Origin: Mariniphaga sp.
Lineage (GTDB): Bacteria > Bacteroidota > Bacteroidia > Bacteroidales > Prolixibacteraceae
NCBI GenBank assembly: GCA_024636975.1
Contig: JAGXGA010000022.1
Coordinates: 7,122-71,121 of the forward strand
Direction: 5' to 3'
DNA: 64,000 bases
Under the pieces are notes generated by a model, which ran no database searches, was not told the origin of the DNA, and saw nothing but the letters and a program-made list of their open reading frames with translations. Made by a program: the position numbers and the translations under genes. Positions 20,319-29,694 of this stretch are shown piece after piece (the stretch's first letter is position 1; the number at the start of each line of letters is the position of its first letter).

Positions 20319-22274
20319 ATGGAAATCCGGTATTTATTTATAGTTGCATGCTTTTTTATTAGTTTCAGTGTGCTGAAAGCTCAGCAGCCGGAAAATAATT
20401 TTACCGAAAAAGCAGCAGAGGTTGAAGCTGCAAATTATATTCAGAAACAAAATTTTAAAGAATCACTGAATTATTTTGCTTACGACCTGATTTATCAGCG
20501 TATGGAATGGCAGGTTGATCCAGCTGTGAGGTACATTAGTGGAAAGGTGACTTCCCATATAAAAAGTCGGACTGATGAATTGACCGATGTTGAGTTTGAC
20601 CTTGATTCTCTAATGATGGTCGATTCGGTCTTGCATGCCGGTATTGCCATTGAATTTACAAGAAATATGGATAAGCTGGTACTTCATCTTTCCCGGTCCC
20701 TTGCAATGGATGAAATTGATTCGGTGGCTGTTTTCTACCAGGGCGAACCGGTCAGCTCAGGCTTTGGATCATATACTCAATCGGTGCATGGTCCTGACAC
20801 AATACCTGTAATCTGGACACTTTCGGAACCTTATGGCGCCATGGAGTGGTGGCCCTGCAAGCAGTCGCTTGCCGATAAAATTGATTCGGTTGATATAATT
20901 GTTACATCTCCTGAGCCTTACCGCACCGCCAGTAACGGGGTGCTTGTTTCGGAGGAGATATCCGATGGTTTTCGCACCATGCACTGGAAGCACCGGTACC
21001 CCATTGTTACTTACCTTGTGGCTATTGCCGTTACGAATTATGCAAATTATTCCGATTTTCTTGAATTGGAGGATGGACGGCAGATTGAAATCCTCAATTA
21101 CGTTTATCCCGAAAGTCTTGAGTCAGCAAGGGAAAGAACACCTGTTACTGTTGAAATAATGAAAACCTTTAATGAGTTATTCGGTGAATATCCATTTGCA
21201 GCAGAGAAATACGGTCATGCCCAATTTGGATGGGGCGGTGGTATGGAACACCAAACCATGAGCTTTATGGGAGGATTTAATTTCGAACTGATAGCCCATG
21301 AATTGGCCCACCAGTGGTTTGGAAACTACATTACACTTGCCAGTTGGCAGGATATCTGGCTTAATGAAGGATTTGCAACATATCTGACAGGACTGGCCAT
21401 CGAGAATATTGCCGGTGCCGAGAGTTTCAGGCGCTGGAAACAAAGAAACGTAATGGTTATTACTACATTTACTGGTGGCTCTGTGTTTGTTAACGATACC
21501 ACAAACATATCAGCACTTTTTAGCGGGCGACTGTCCTATTCAAAGGGAGCTTATATTCTGCATATGTTGCGATGGATAATGGGCGATGAACGATTCTTTA
21601 ACGGCATACGCAATTACTATGAAGACCCGGAGGTGGCGAACGGTTTTGCTGAGCACGAACAATTGGTGGCTCACATGGAAGCGGCAGGTGATACCAGTCT
21701 GACAGAATTTTTTAACGACTGGTATTACGGTGAAGGATACCCGGTTTATTCACTGAAATATTCGGGTGATAATTCCCGGACAGAATTATTGCTTTTACAA
21801 AACAGTTCACATCCTTCGGTCGATTTTTTTGAAATGCCTGTCCCCGTGCGGGTGTACAATGAACAAAGAACTGATTCTGCCGATTTCAGGCTCTACCATA
21901 CCCATAATAACCAGGAATTTGTTGTTGAACCCGGATTTGAGGTAGCAGATGTTGTAATTGATCCTGATTTTTGGCTGATTTCCGTAACCGATACTGTAAT
22001 TGATGCCTCCGATGCTGTTGTTGATGCCTCCGTTGTTCCGTATAACGATGAAATACGGGTATATCCCAATCCTTTCCTGGGGCATATTACAGTTGCAGTA
22101 CCGGGAGAAAAGCCGGTTGAGGAAATTTTGTTGTTTAATTCGGAAGGCCAAAAGATTGACCGTCAAAATGGTTCACGGCTAAATTTCAACTGGGGGCATC
22201 TCCCCGAAGGTATCTATTTTCTTAGGGTAAATATGTCGGGAAAAGTGTATGAGCGCAAGTTAATAAAGCACTAA
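20319..22274 (+). CDS. M1-family zinc aminopeptidase with T9SS C-terminal sorting domain
   Basis: It has a signal peptide, HELAHQWFGN plus WLNEGFATY. The C-terminal ~75 aa (VYPNPF...GIYFLRV...) form a type A Por-secretion tail. Confidence 0.85.
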   Translation: MEIRYLFIVACFFISFSVLKAQQPENNFTEKAAEVEAANYIQKQNFKESLNYFAYDLIYQRMEWQVDPAVRYISGKVTSHIKSRTDELTDVEFDLDSLMMVDSVLHAGIAIEFTRNMDKLVLHLSRSLAMDEIDSVAVFYQGEPVSSGFGSYTQSVHGPDTIPVIWTLSEPYGAMEWWPCKQSLADKIDSVDIIVTSPEPYRTASNGVLVSEEISDGFRTMHWKHRYPIVTYLVAIAVTNYANYSDFLELEDGRQIEILNYVYPESLESARERTPVTVEIMKTFNELFGEYPFAAEKYGHAQFGWGGGMEHQTMSFMGGFNFELIAHELAHQWFGNYITLASWQDIWLNEGFATYLTGLAIENIAGAESFRRWKQRNVMVITTFTGGSVFVNDTTNISALFSGRLSYSKGAYILHMLRWIMGDERFFNGIRNYYEDPEVANGFAEHEQLVAHMEAAGDTSLTEFFNDWYYGEGYPVYSLKYSGDNSRTELLLLQNSSHPSVDFFEMPVPVRVYNEQRTDSADFRLYHTHNNQEFVVEPGFEVADVVIDPDFWLISVTDTVIDASDAVVDASVVPYNDEIRVYPNPFLGHITVAVPGEKPVEEILLFNSEGQKIDRQNGSRLNFNWGHLPEGIYFLRVNMSGKVYERKLIKH

Positions 22275-22346
22275 TCAGGATTTATTTTTTCTTCTTTTTA
22301 AATGTTGTTGTATATTCGTAGCACGAATTTTATATTTTGTGTTACT

Positions 22347-22748
22347 ATGACAGTTTCCCGTTTCGGTGTTTCGCTCGAGGAAAATCTATTACATGCTCTT
22401 GATGAGTTTGTTGAGGACAATGGATTTCCCAACCGTTCACAGGCGATCCGTTATCTTATTGAAAAAAACCTGGCAGAAGAGAAATGGAAATGCGATAATA
22501 TTGTTGCCGGGGCAATTGTGCTGGTATTTGATCATGAAAAAACCGATGTGCTGAAGCGATCTTCTGAATTGCAGTTTGAATACAGGGACGTTATACTTTC
22601 GTCACAGGGTTTTTACCTGAACCAAAGCAACTACCTTGAAATTGTTGCGGTCAAAGGAGCTTCAAGAAGGCTTACAGAAATTTCTGATAAATTAATCAGC
22701 ATTAAAGGCATTCAGCACGGAAAACTGGTAATGAGTAAAGCAGAGTAA
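22347..22748 (+). CDS. NikR-family regulator (ribbon-helix-helix plus ACT-like C-terminal domain) without canonical Ni ligands
   Basis: MTVSRFGVSLEENLLHALDEFVEDNGFPNRSQAIRYLI is a CopG/NikR RHH region. The C-terminal domain aligns by eye to E. coli NikR. I prefer the ATG at 22347 over the track start at 22302. Confidence 0.7.
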   Translation: MTVSRFGVSLEENLLHALDEFVEDNGFPNRSQAIRYLIEKNLAEEKWKCDNIVAGAIVLVFDHEKTDVLKRSSELQFEYRDVILSSQGFYLNQSNYLEIVAVKGASRRLTEISDKLISIKGIQHGKLVMSKAE

Positions 22749-22802
22749 TTTTTTTATCCATTCGGTAACACGAAAAGAATAATAGGTGACACAACTACTA
22801 AA

Positions 22803-24671
22803 ATGAAGAACATGAATTTACGACTCAGCAAATTTTTATACCTGGCTTCGCTTGGTTTATTATATATATGGCCGGTAGGCGAAGTTCGGGCCCAGATCAG
22901 TTATATGCCCGATACCATTAAAATTGAGGAAGTAGTGGTAACAGGCTCACGTGTGGAGGTTTCCCGAAGAAATGTACCTTTAACTGTTTCTACAGTCGAT
23001 CGCATGCAGATTGAAAGGAGTAATGAGTCGGCAGTATTACCTGTTTTAAGCCGCCGCATTCCCGGGCTTTTTGTCACTGAAAGGGGAGTGACCGGTTTTG
23101 GTGTGGGTACCGGTTCGGCAGGGCAAATCAGTATGCGGGGTGTTGGAGGTACTGCTCCAAATACCCAAGTACTGGTGCTTATCGATGGTCACCCGCAATT
23201 CCAGGGATTGTTTGGGCATCCGCTGCCCGATGCATATGTTTCATCGGATGTTGAAAAGGTTGAAGTTATACGTGGACCGGCTTCTATACTTTACGGTTCG
23301 AATGCAATGGGTGGAGTAATTAATATAATTACGCGTGAGCAACAGGAGGAAGGGGTATCAGGCAAAGCCAGACTTTCGTATGGTTCTTTCAACACGCAAA
23401 AGTACATGGCGAGCGGTGGGTTAAAGGAGGGGCCGTTTAGTGTATTTGCTTCTATAAACCACGACCGTACCGAAGGGCATCGCGATACTTCCGATTTTAA
23501 AATCGTGAATGGATATGTAAAAGCCGGATATGAGCTGAGTGATAATTTTGAAGTTTCGGCAGATGTAAGCATTGCCGACTTTAACGCCCAGGACCCGGGT
23601 ACAATATTTAACCCGATGTTTTTCGGAATCGATATTCTGAGAGGGAAATCGTCAGTGTCGGTAAAAAACCAATTTGATAAATTTGAAGGCGGGTTACTGG
23701 CTTTTTACAATTTTGGTGACCATTCATTTACCAACGGCTGGGAATCGAAAGACATGCATAAAGGCATCAGTCTGTACCAGGGGTTACGCCTTTTTCCTGA
23801 CAATAGAATAACATTGGGAGTGGATTATAAATCTGTTACAGGAATTGCCAACGACGGAGCCCCCGGGGGAGCTGATGTGTGGCATAGCGTATCAGATTAT
23901 GCAGGTTATGCATATGTTCAGCATACATTTGTTGAACAACTGATCCTTAGTGCCGGGTTTAGGATAGAAAACAATTCTATGTTTGGTGTCGAAACAATTC
24001 CCCAGGCCGGGTTCTCCTGGCTTGCAACTGACAATACAACAATTAAAGGTTCATGGTCAAAAGGGTTCAGGAATCCAACCCTTATGGAATTATACTTATT
24101 TGCACCTAATCAGGATCTGGAGCCTGAGCGGATAACGAATTACGAACTGGGGATGAGCCAGAAGAGTTCTGATGGACAGTTTAGGATCGATCTTGCCCTG
24201 TTTGCCCTGGAGGGAACCAATGTTATTGAGGTAAGACCCAATGATGCGCCGCCACCACCGGTAAAACGACAAAATGCAGGTTCTTTCTCAAATAAAGGTA
24301 TTGAACTGGAACTAAGCTGGAATGCAACCTCAAACCTGAGCTTTGCATCGAATTACAGCTATCTTAACCTCGATAAGCCAAGACTGGCTGCACCGGAACA
24401 TCAGTTCTATATTGAGGGAACTTACATGTTTGGTGATTTCCGTGCAAATCTTTCAATGCAGCAAATCTCCGGATTATACACCTACACAGCTGAGCCTGCC
24501 CCTTTACAGGAAAGCTATACCCTGGCAAATATGATGCTTGCATACCAGTTCAACAATAATTTTGAACTGTTTGTCTCCGGTAAAAATCTCCTCGATCAGG
24601 AGTACAGTATCAACTATGGATACCCAATGCCTGGAATCACAGTGTTTACAGGAGTGAACATACAATTTTGA
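22803..24671 (+). CDS. TonB-dependent receptor (small, BtuB/metal-type)
   Basis: It has a signal peptide, a plug domain (EEVVVTGSR, VEVIRGPASILYGSNAMGGVINIIT) and a terminal aromatic residue (NIQF). Confidence 0.85.
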   Translation: MKNMNLRLSKFLYLASLGLLYIWPVGEVRAQISYMPDTIKIEEVVVTGSRVEVSRRNVPLTVSTVDRMQIERSNESAVLPVLSRRIPGLFVTERGVTGFGVGTGSAGQISMRGVGGTAPNTQVLVLIDGHPQFQGLFGHPLPDAYVSSDVEKVEVIRGPASILYGSNAMGGVINIITREQQEEGVSGKARLSYGSFNTQKYMASGGLKEGPFSVFASINHDRTEGHRDTSDFKIVNGYVKAGYELSDNFEVSADVSIADFNAQDPGTIFNPMFFGIDILRGKSSVSVKNQFDKFEGGLLAFYNFGDHSFTNGWESKDMHKGISLYQGLRLFPDNRITLGVDYKSVTGIANDGAPGGADVWHSVSDYAGYAYVQHTFVEQLILSAGFRIENNSMFGVETIPQAGFSWLATDNTTIKGSWSKGFRNPTLMELYLFAPNQDLEPERITNYELGMSQKSSDGQFRIDLALFALEGTNVIEVRPNDAPPPPVKRQNAGSFSNKGIELELSWNATSNLSFASNYSYLNLDKPRLAAPEHQFYIEGTYMFGDFRANLSMQQISGLYTYTAEPAPLQESYTLANMMLAYQFNNNFELFVSGKNLLDQEYSINYGYPMPGITVFTGVNIQF

Positions 24672-24758
24672 TTAATAAGAAAGGGTTTGCTTAACCAGCA
24701 CACCCTTTCATTGAATTTTTTGTAAATTGAACCCCTGTAACTTATACAGATTAATTCA

Positions 24759-25739
24759 ATGGAAAATAATTCCCGTCGCCGGTTCATCGCAAAAAGTGCA
24801 GCGGTCATCTCCGGAATGTCTTTAGGTATTCAGGGTATAACTGCTGCCAATTCCAATTTATTTGGAACAGGAAGTTTAGCAGCAAATGTAAAGCGACCCA
24901 TACATGCTTTTACTAAAGTACTTCAGTTTTTATCGTACCACGAAATGGCAGAAATGCTGGCAGAACAAGGGTTTGCCGGAGCTGATCTGACAGTGCGGGC
25001 AGGGGGACAGGTACTACCTGAAAACGTGGAAACCGATTTGCCTGCAGCAGTGAAGGCACTTCGGGAAGCCGGTGTTGATTCACATATGATAACCACAAAT
25101 GTGATTGATGCTGAGGATAAATATACGCGTCCGATACTGAAAACCATAGCCGGCCTGGGTATTAAATACTACCGGACGGGATACCTTGAATACGATGCTT
25201 CAAAATCAATAAGCCAGAACCTGGATGATCATAAAAGGTCATTTGAAAAGCTTGAAAAAGTAAACAGGGAGTTTGGCGTTCATGGTGATTATCAAAACCA
25301 TTCAGGGAGGAGGGTAGGAGGCCCGGTTTGGGATTTGCACCCGTTGCTTAAAGATCGCGACCCTGAATTCCTGGGTGTACAGTATGATATCCGCCATGCC
25401 ACTGTTGAAGGTGCAGTATCGTGGCCGTTGGGAATGAAGCTTCTTGCTCCGTGGATTAAGACAATAGACATCAAAGATTTTATCTGGGAAAAAAACGAAC
25501 AGGGAGAATGGAAGATAAAAAATGTACCGCTGGGCAAGGGGATGGTTAATTTCAAAGAATATTTTGAGTTATATAAATCGATGAAAATAGAGGCTCCGGT
25601 TTCCATCCATTATGAATACGACCTGGGAGGAGCAGAGCATGGTAACCGGAATCCTTCGATAACTGCTGAAAAAATGGCTGAGTGGTTGAAAAAAGATCTG
25701 GATTATCTGGAGAGTCAGTTCCGGCAATTTGGCCTGTAG
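24759..25739 (+). CDS. TAT-exported sugar phosphate isomerase/epimerase (xylose isomerase-like TIM barrel)
   Basis: SRRRFIAKSAAVISGMSLG is a TAT signal. The remainder has the AP-endonuclease-2/xylose-isomerase-like barrel pattern. Confidence 0.65.
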   Translation: MENNSRRRFIAKSAAVISGMSLGIQGITAANSNLFGTGSLAANVKRPIHAFTKVLQFLSYHEMAEMLAEQGFAGADLTVRAGGQVLPENVETDLPAAVKALREAGVDSHMITTNVIDAEDKYTRPILKTIAGLGIKYYRTGYLEYDASKSISQNLDDHKRSFEKLEKVNREFGVHGDYQNHSGRRVGGPVWDLHPLLKDRDPEFLGVQYDIRHATVEGAVSWPLGMKLLAPWIKTIDIKDFIWEKNEQGEWKIKNVPLGKGMVNFKEYFELYKSMKIEAPVSIHYEYDLGGAEHGNRNPSITAEKMAEWLKKDLDYLESQFRQFGL

Positions 25740-25756
25740 CAATGACCGGTCGTTTA

Positions 25757-27109
25757 TTAACGGTTATGCAAATCGTTGCGGAAGGAAGTCCTTACACTCC
25801 GGAACCCGATGTATGATTTTGCCGTATCCTGGTATTCGTAGGAGCGGGTTCCATTCCGTATAAAATAAGGTATATCTTTCCATGAGCCCCCGCGAATAAC
25901 CTTACGTTTCATAACGGGCGGGTCATCGGGCAAGGCATTGTATTCAATTTCCGGATTTAGGTCGCTGGCCACATCGTAGGCTGATTCATAGAATGCGCTG
26001 CTTGTCCACTCTGCCACGTTACCTGCCATATCGTACAATCCAAAATCGTTGGGATCAAAATAGCCTACTGTCAATGTGTTGGTTGAAGTTGGGCTGTCGG
26101 AAACATAGTTTCCGCGAAGTGGTTTAAAGTTGGCCATAAAGCATCCGTCATCATTGCGTGTATAATAACTTCCCCACGGATAAACGGTATTTGTTCGTCC
26201 CCCGCGTGCAGCAAGTTCCCATTCAGTTTCGGTCGGCAAACGGTAATCATGCGCTCCAACTTCATTTAGCCGGCTGTTGTAATCCTGTTGAAGTTTGGTG
26301 CGCCAGGTACAGAAAGCGCGGGCCTGTTTCCATGTAACACCCACCACCGGATAATTATCGAATGCAACATGAGAAAAATATTTCATCGTAAACGGATCGT
26401 TGTAAGTATACGTAAAGTCGCGAATCCAGCTTAATGTATCGGGATAAACAGGTACCATTTCGCGCATAAGGAATGAACTGCGGTTGGCGATGGGTAATGT
26501 TTCACCCTGCTCGTTTACCACACTTCCTTCGTAAGCACTTTTTTCAAAGTTATAGCTGTTTTGCCGGCGTGCTGCCTGCTTGTAATCTACCCAGCTGAAT
26601 TCATAGATCAGTTTCCGGCTGTCGATTTCTTTTTTGAATGCAAGGCGTTCTTGTTCGGGGATATACATGTCGTTAAGTGCAAGCTGGTAATCCGGATCGC
26701 GCCAGTCGATTTTTTCATCCCAGTTGATAACCGGTTCATCCATTGGAACACCCATGGCATTTTCGGTTACAAGGTATTCGGGGTAGGTATTTCCCAGCAT
26801 TTTGCGTGCTATTGAATCGCGAACCCAATAAACGAATTGCCGGTATTCGTTATTCGTGATTTCGGTATCGTCCATCCAGAATGATTCGACGGTAACCCTT
26901 CTGGAACTTTGGCCAATATTAAGCACCTCGTCATCAGAAGAACCAATAACATATGAACCGCGCGGGATGTATACCATTCCGTAAGGAGACGGTTCAAACC
27001 AGTTTTTTGAGTTGCGTTCGCCGCCCGGCAGGTACTGAACTATTTCATTCCTGCATGAATGGAAAAGCAGGCCGGAGGCCAAAACCATATATATCATTGC
27101 TTTTCTCAT
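25757..27109 (-). CDS. GldK/GldJ-family lipoprotein paralogue (SUMF1/FGE-like fold)
   Basis: It has the lipoprotein signal LLFHSC. It is collinear and highly similar to the gldK product at 30692..32032, for example FWMDDTEITNNEYRQFVYWVRDSIARK and RKVIRGGSWKD. Confidence 0.75.
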   Translation of the reverse strand: MRKAMIYMVLASGLLFHSCRNEIVQYLPGGERNSKNWFEPSPYGMVYIPRGSYVIGSSDDEVLNIGQSSRRVTVESFWMDDTEITNNEYRQFVYWVRDSIARKMLGNTYPEYLVTENAMGVPMDEPVINWDEKIDWRDPDYQLALNDMYIPEQERLAFKKEIDSRKLIYEFSWVDYKQAARRQNSYNFEKSAYEGSVVNEQGETLPIANRSSFLMREMVPVYPDTLSWIRDFTYTYNDPFTMKYFSHVAFDNYPVVGVTWKQARAFCTWRTKLQQDYNSRLNEVGAHDYRLPTETEWELAARGGRTNTVYPWGSYYTRNDDGCFMANFKPLRGNYVSDSPTSTNTLTVGYFDPNDFGLYDMAGNVAEWTSSAFYESAYDVASDLNPEIEYNALPDDPPVMKRKVIRGGSWKDIPYFIRNGTRSYEYQDTAKSYIGFRSVRTSFRNDLHNR

Positions 27110-27159
27110 TCCTGTATGTTGATACTATTTGAGTTTGTTAAAAAGTATTGGATGGTATT

Positions 27160-27190
27160 GAAAAAAAGAGCCTTATGAAACCATAAGGCT
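27160..27190 (-). terminator. Intrinsic terminator after gldN
   Basis: On the minus strand the sequence reads AGCCTTATGGTTTCATAAGGCT followed by CTTTTTTTC. It lies 20 nt after the gldN stop. Confidence 0.55.
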
Positions 27191-27209
27191 TTAAAGTTTC
27201 TTATATATT

Positions 27210-28058
27210 TTAATACTCCCAGAGATCTTGTTCAAAATTAAAAATTTCCGCTTCAACCCGCTTCGATTCAAGCATGGCCTCCCTGCCGGTCAGATAATCG
27301 CTGATCAGCCTGTTGTTATATACATTTGACTCCTGTACGATGTAGCTGTTAAAAAAGCGTTTGATAAACAGGTCATCGAACGACATTGATTGTGCTTCAT
27401 TGTATGGATTCATAACCAGGTTGGTTGCCAGCAGGTCTCTGACTTCAGGATAATATACCCAGAATACTTTCTGACGCATTACTTCGCCTGCAGGATCCTC
27501 AGCACGTGTAAATTCACGGATAGGGCAAATACCCAGTATGCGTACATTCAGTGAAGATGCCTGTTTGTCGAAATACCATTCTTCCTTTACCATGTATTGT
27601 TTAATCTCTCCGGGTCTGATTTCGCCCTGGATGGTAACGGTTTTGCGTTCACCGGTATCGAAATCAATGGTTTCTTCTGTTGTTGCTTCAGCGCCAAAAG
27701 CTTCCTGAACCTGTTCAAAGGTCATGGGTACTTTAAAGTCATCATCCAGACGTGCATCGAAAGGAGTAATCTGACCACTTTTGATTCCTTCAAGTAAAAG
27801 GGATATCAGGTTCTGTCTTCCATCCATTTCAGATGTAGGGAAGTAGAGCGTTTGATTCATTTTCTCGCGCAAATCGATAATACGCCATATTTTCTTCGAC
27901 CAGAATACATCTGCTTCACGTACCGTAGGCAGTGGCATAGGTTTTTTCTGGCTTACATCGGTCGACTGGTAGGCCCCGTTAATAAGCTGGGCATTTACCT
28001 CGTAGCCTGTTCCGGCTAACATCAAAACTGCTATTCCTATATAAATTAGTATCTTCAT
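27210..28058 (-). CDS. gldN: T9SS/gliding protein GldN (PorN)
   Basis: It is a signal-peptide protein positioned immediately after gldM, with GldN-like length and sequence. Confidence 0.8.
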   Translation of the reverse strand: MKILIYIGIAVLMLAGTGYEVNAQLINGAYQSTDVSQKKPMPLPTVREADVFWSKKIWRIIDLREKMNQTLYFPTSEMDGRQNLISLLLEGIKSGQITPFDARLDDDFKVPMTFEQVQEAFGAEATTEETIDFDTGERKTVTIQGEIRPGEIKQYMVKEEWYFDKQASSLNVRILGICPIREFTRAEDPAGEVMRQKVFWVYYPEVRDLLATNLVMNPYNEAQSMSFDDLFIKRFFNSYIVQESNVYNNRLISDYLTGREAMLESKRVEAEIFNFEQDLWEY

Positions 28059-28060
28059 AT

Positions 28061-29674
28061 TTATTGAATTTTTAAACCTATAGGGTCTAAATCACGGGTA
28101 GTACCGTCATCGCCCACTGCTTTTATATTAGCTATATAAACAAGGCTGTTTGGATTAAGCCTTCTGAATTGATCTTTTTGTTCATCGGTAAATCGGTTGG
28201 AGTTACTTTCCCATGCATTAACATAACCACCCGCACCGGTTATTTCTACTCTGAATTGCGTTACAGTATATTTAAAATTAAAATCAAAATCTTCCAGAAC
28301 TGCCAGTACGCCGTCTTCAACTAAAAGTCGTTCTTTACGGACTGTACCTCCCCCTGACAGGCCAGCTACCTGTGCCACCGGGTCGGGAACTCTTTTAACA
28401 CGCCAGTTTGTTGTACCCAGCAAACGCCTCTGTCCACCAATATTGGCATGCACCGATACGGTTGTCCTGCGTCCCTGTTCGTCTAATTCATTAGGTTTAA
28501 TTATAAACGCATTGCCTTGTTTAACTACAGATCCGTTAGTCATTGATACTTCCAGGTTTTCCTGCGGAATGCCCCCTCCACCCACGTCGAAAGGGTTTTC
28601 CAGCCCACGGTAGAATACATTCATTTGGGTAGCCGACATGGTAACGGAAGGTTGGGTTACCTGGTATTCCTGGGAGAACGGATAGTTTTTAATAGTTCCG
28701 GCCGGTGTTTTGTATTTGATCAGCCCCTCCCAGGTAAAGGTTCCGGGTTGCGATGTTTTTACCCTGAAGGTTGCCTTTCCGCCAGTTACCGGTACCTGTT
28801 GGTTGTTGATAAAAATTTCGGGCTGTTGGGTAGTATCTTCAGCTGCCAGAAAAACGTCTGCAACATATTCATCACCCTGCAAAACAACACTTGATGTAGG
28901 GATTACCTGAGCTCCCAGTTTATTGAAAAGGAATGACCCTGCATCAATTTGGGAATAGAGGTAATTAATAACGTTCGCTTCCGAGTTTTTTACATCGATC
29001 TGAATTTTAGAAAGAAGCGTAAGCACTGCAACCAATGGTTTATCCATGAATCGTTCTGTTTCCCACGATTTTTTTTCTCCGCCTTCACGCAGATTGATTT
29101 TAGGGTCAGAAGTATCGAGAGCGGCCAAAACGGTTTCTCTTAAATCAACATCATCTTCCTCAATCAGCGCTAACAGTTCATTTTTGTATTCATTGATCTC
29201 TTCCTTCAATTCTGTTGCATTTTTTTGAGTAATCATATGTTCCGAGGGTACATTCAGATCATCTTCTTTGCTGATGATAAGTGTATCTCCGGCTTCTGTT
29301 ACATAGTAAAATTCATCGCCCAGTACCCTGTTTTCTGAATTTACAGGTTTATAGCCTGATTTTCTCACCAATTCTTCCTTGATGCCGGAGATAAAGGAAA
29401 ACATGCTGTCGGTTGTCTGGCGCACGTTATCGGCTTTAGCTTTCCATTCCCCAACACGGGTTTCATTTTCAGCATAGGCCCGTTCGAATGAAGCGTACAC
29501 CTGTGCGTTTTTCATATCCACTGTTTTGATGGTTTCATTCAGACTCGTATCTACGACCCTGAATGCCTCAAGTACCTCAGCTGCAACGTTTAAAGCTAGC
29601 ATTGCAGTCAGTACAAGGTACATCATGTTTATCATTTTTTGCCGCGGTGTTTCCGGGCAGTTCTTTGAACCCAT
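28061..29674 (-). CDS. gldM: T9SS/gliding protein GldM (PorM)
   Basis: The N-terminal MINMMYLVLTAMLALNV is the hallmark GldM TM helix. At 537 aa it sits in the K-L-M-N order. Confidence 0.9.
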   Translation of the reverse strand: MGSKNCPETPRQKMINMMYLVLTAMLALNVAAEVLEAFRVVDTSLNETIKTVDMKNAQVYASFERAYAENETRVGEWKAKADNVRQTTDSMFSFISGIKEELVRKSGYKPVNSENRVLGDEFYYVTEAGDTLIISKEDDLNVPSEHMITQKNATELKEEINEYKNELLALIEEDDVDLRETVLAALDTSDPKINLREGGEKKSWETERFMDKPLVAVLTLLSKIQIDVKNSEANVINYLYSQIDAGSFLFNKLGAQVIPTSSVVLQGDEYVADVFLAAEDTTQQPEIFINNQQVPVTGGKATFRVKTSQPGTFTWEGLIKYKTPAGTIKNYPFSQEYQVTQPSVTMSATQMNVFYRGLENPFDVGGGGIPQENLEVSMTNGSVVKQGNAFIIKPNELDEQGRRTTVSVHANIGGQRRLLGTTNWRVKRVPDPVAQVAGLSGGGTVRKERLLVEDGVLAVLEDFDFNFKYTVTQFRVEITGAGGYVNAWESNSNRFTDEQKDQFRRLNPNSLVYIANIKAVGDDGTTRDLDPIGLKIQ

Positions 29675-29694
29675 AATTCAGTTACTTCAAATTT

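Noticed and set aside
22314-22328. Palindrome attcg-tagca-cgaat upstream of the NikR-like gene as its operator
   Set aside because: The arms are only 5 bp, cannot be extended, and do not resemble known NikR boxes. This is too weak to annotate.
22302-22346. N-terminal 15-codon extension of the NikR-like ORF (MLLYIRSTNFIFCVT) and the overlapping ORF 22366..22554
   Set aside because: The ribbon-helix-helix domain begins right at the Met at 22347, as in NikR/CopG proteins. The extension is hydrophobic junk, and the second ORF is an alternative frame of the same gene.
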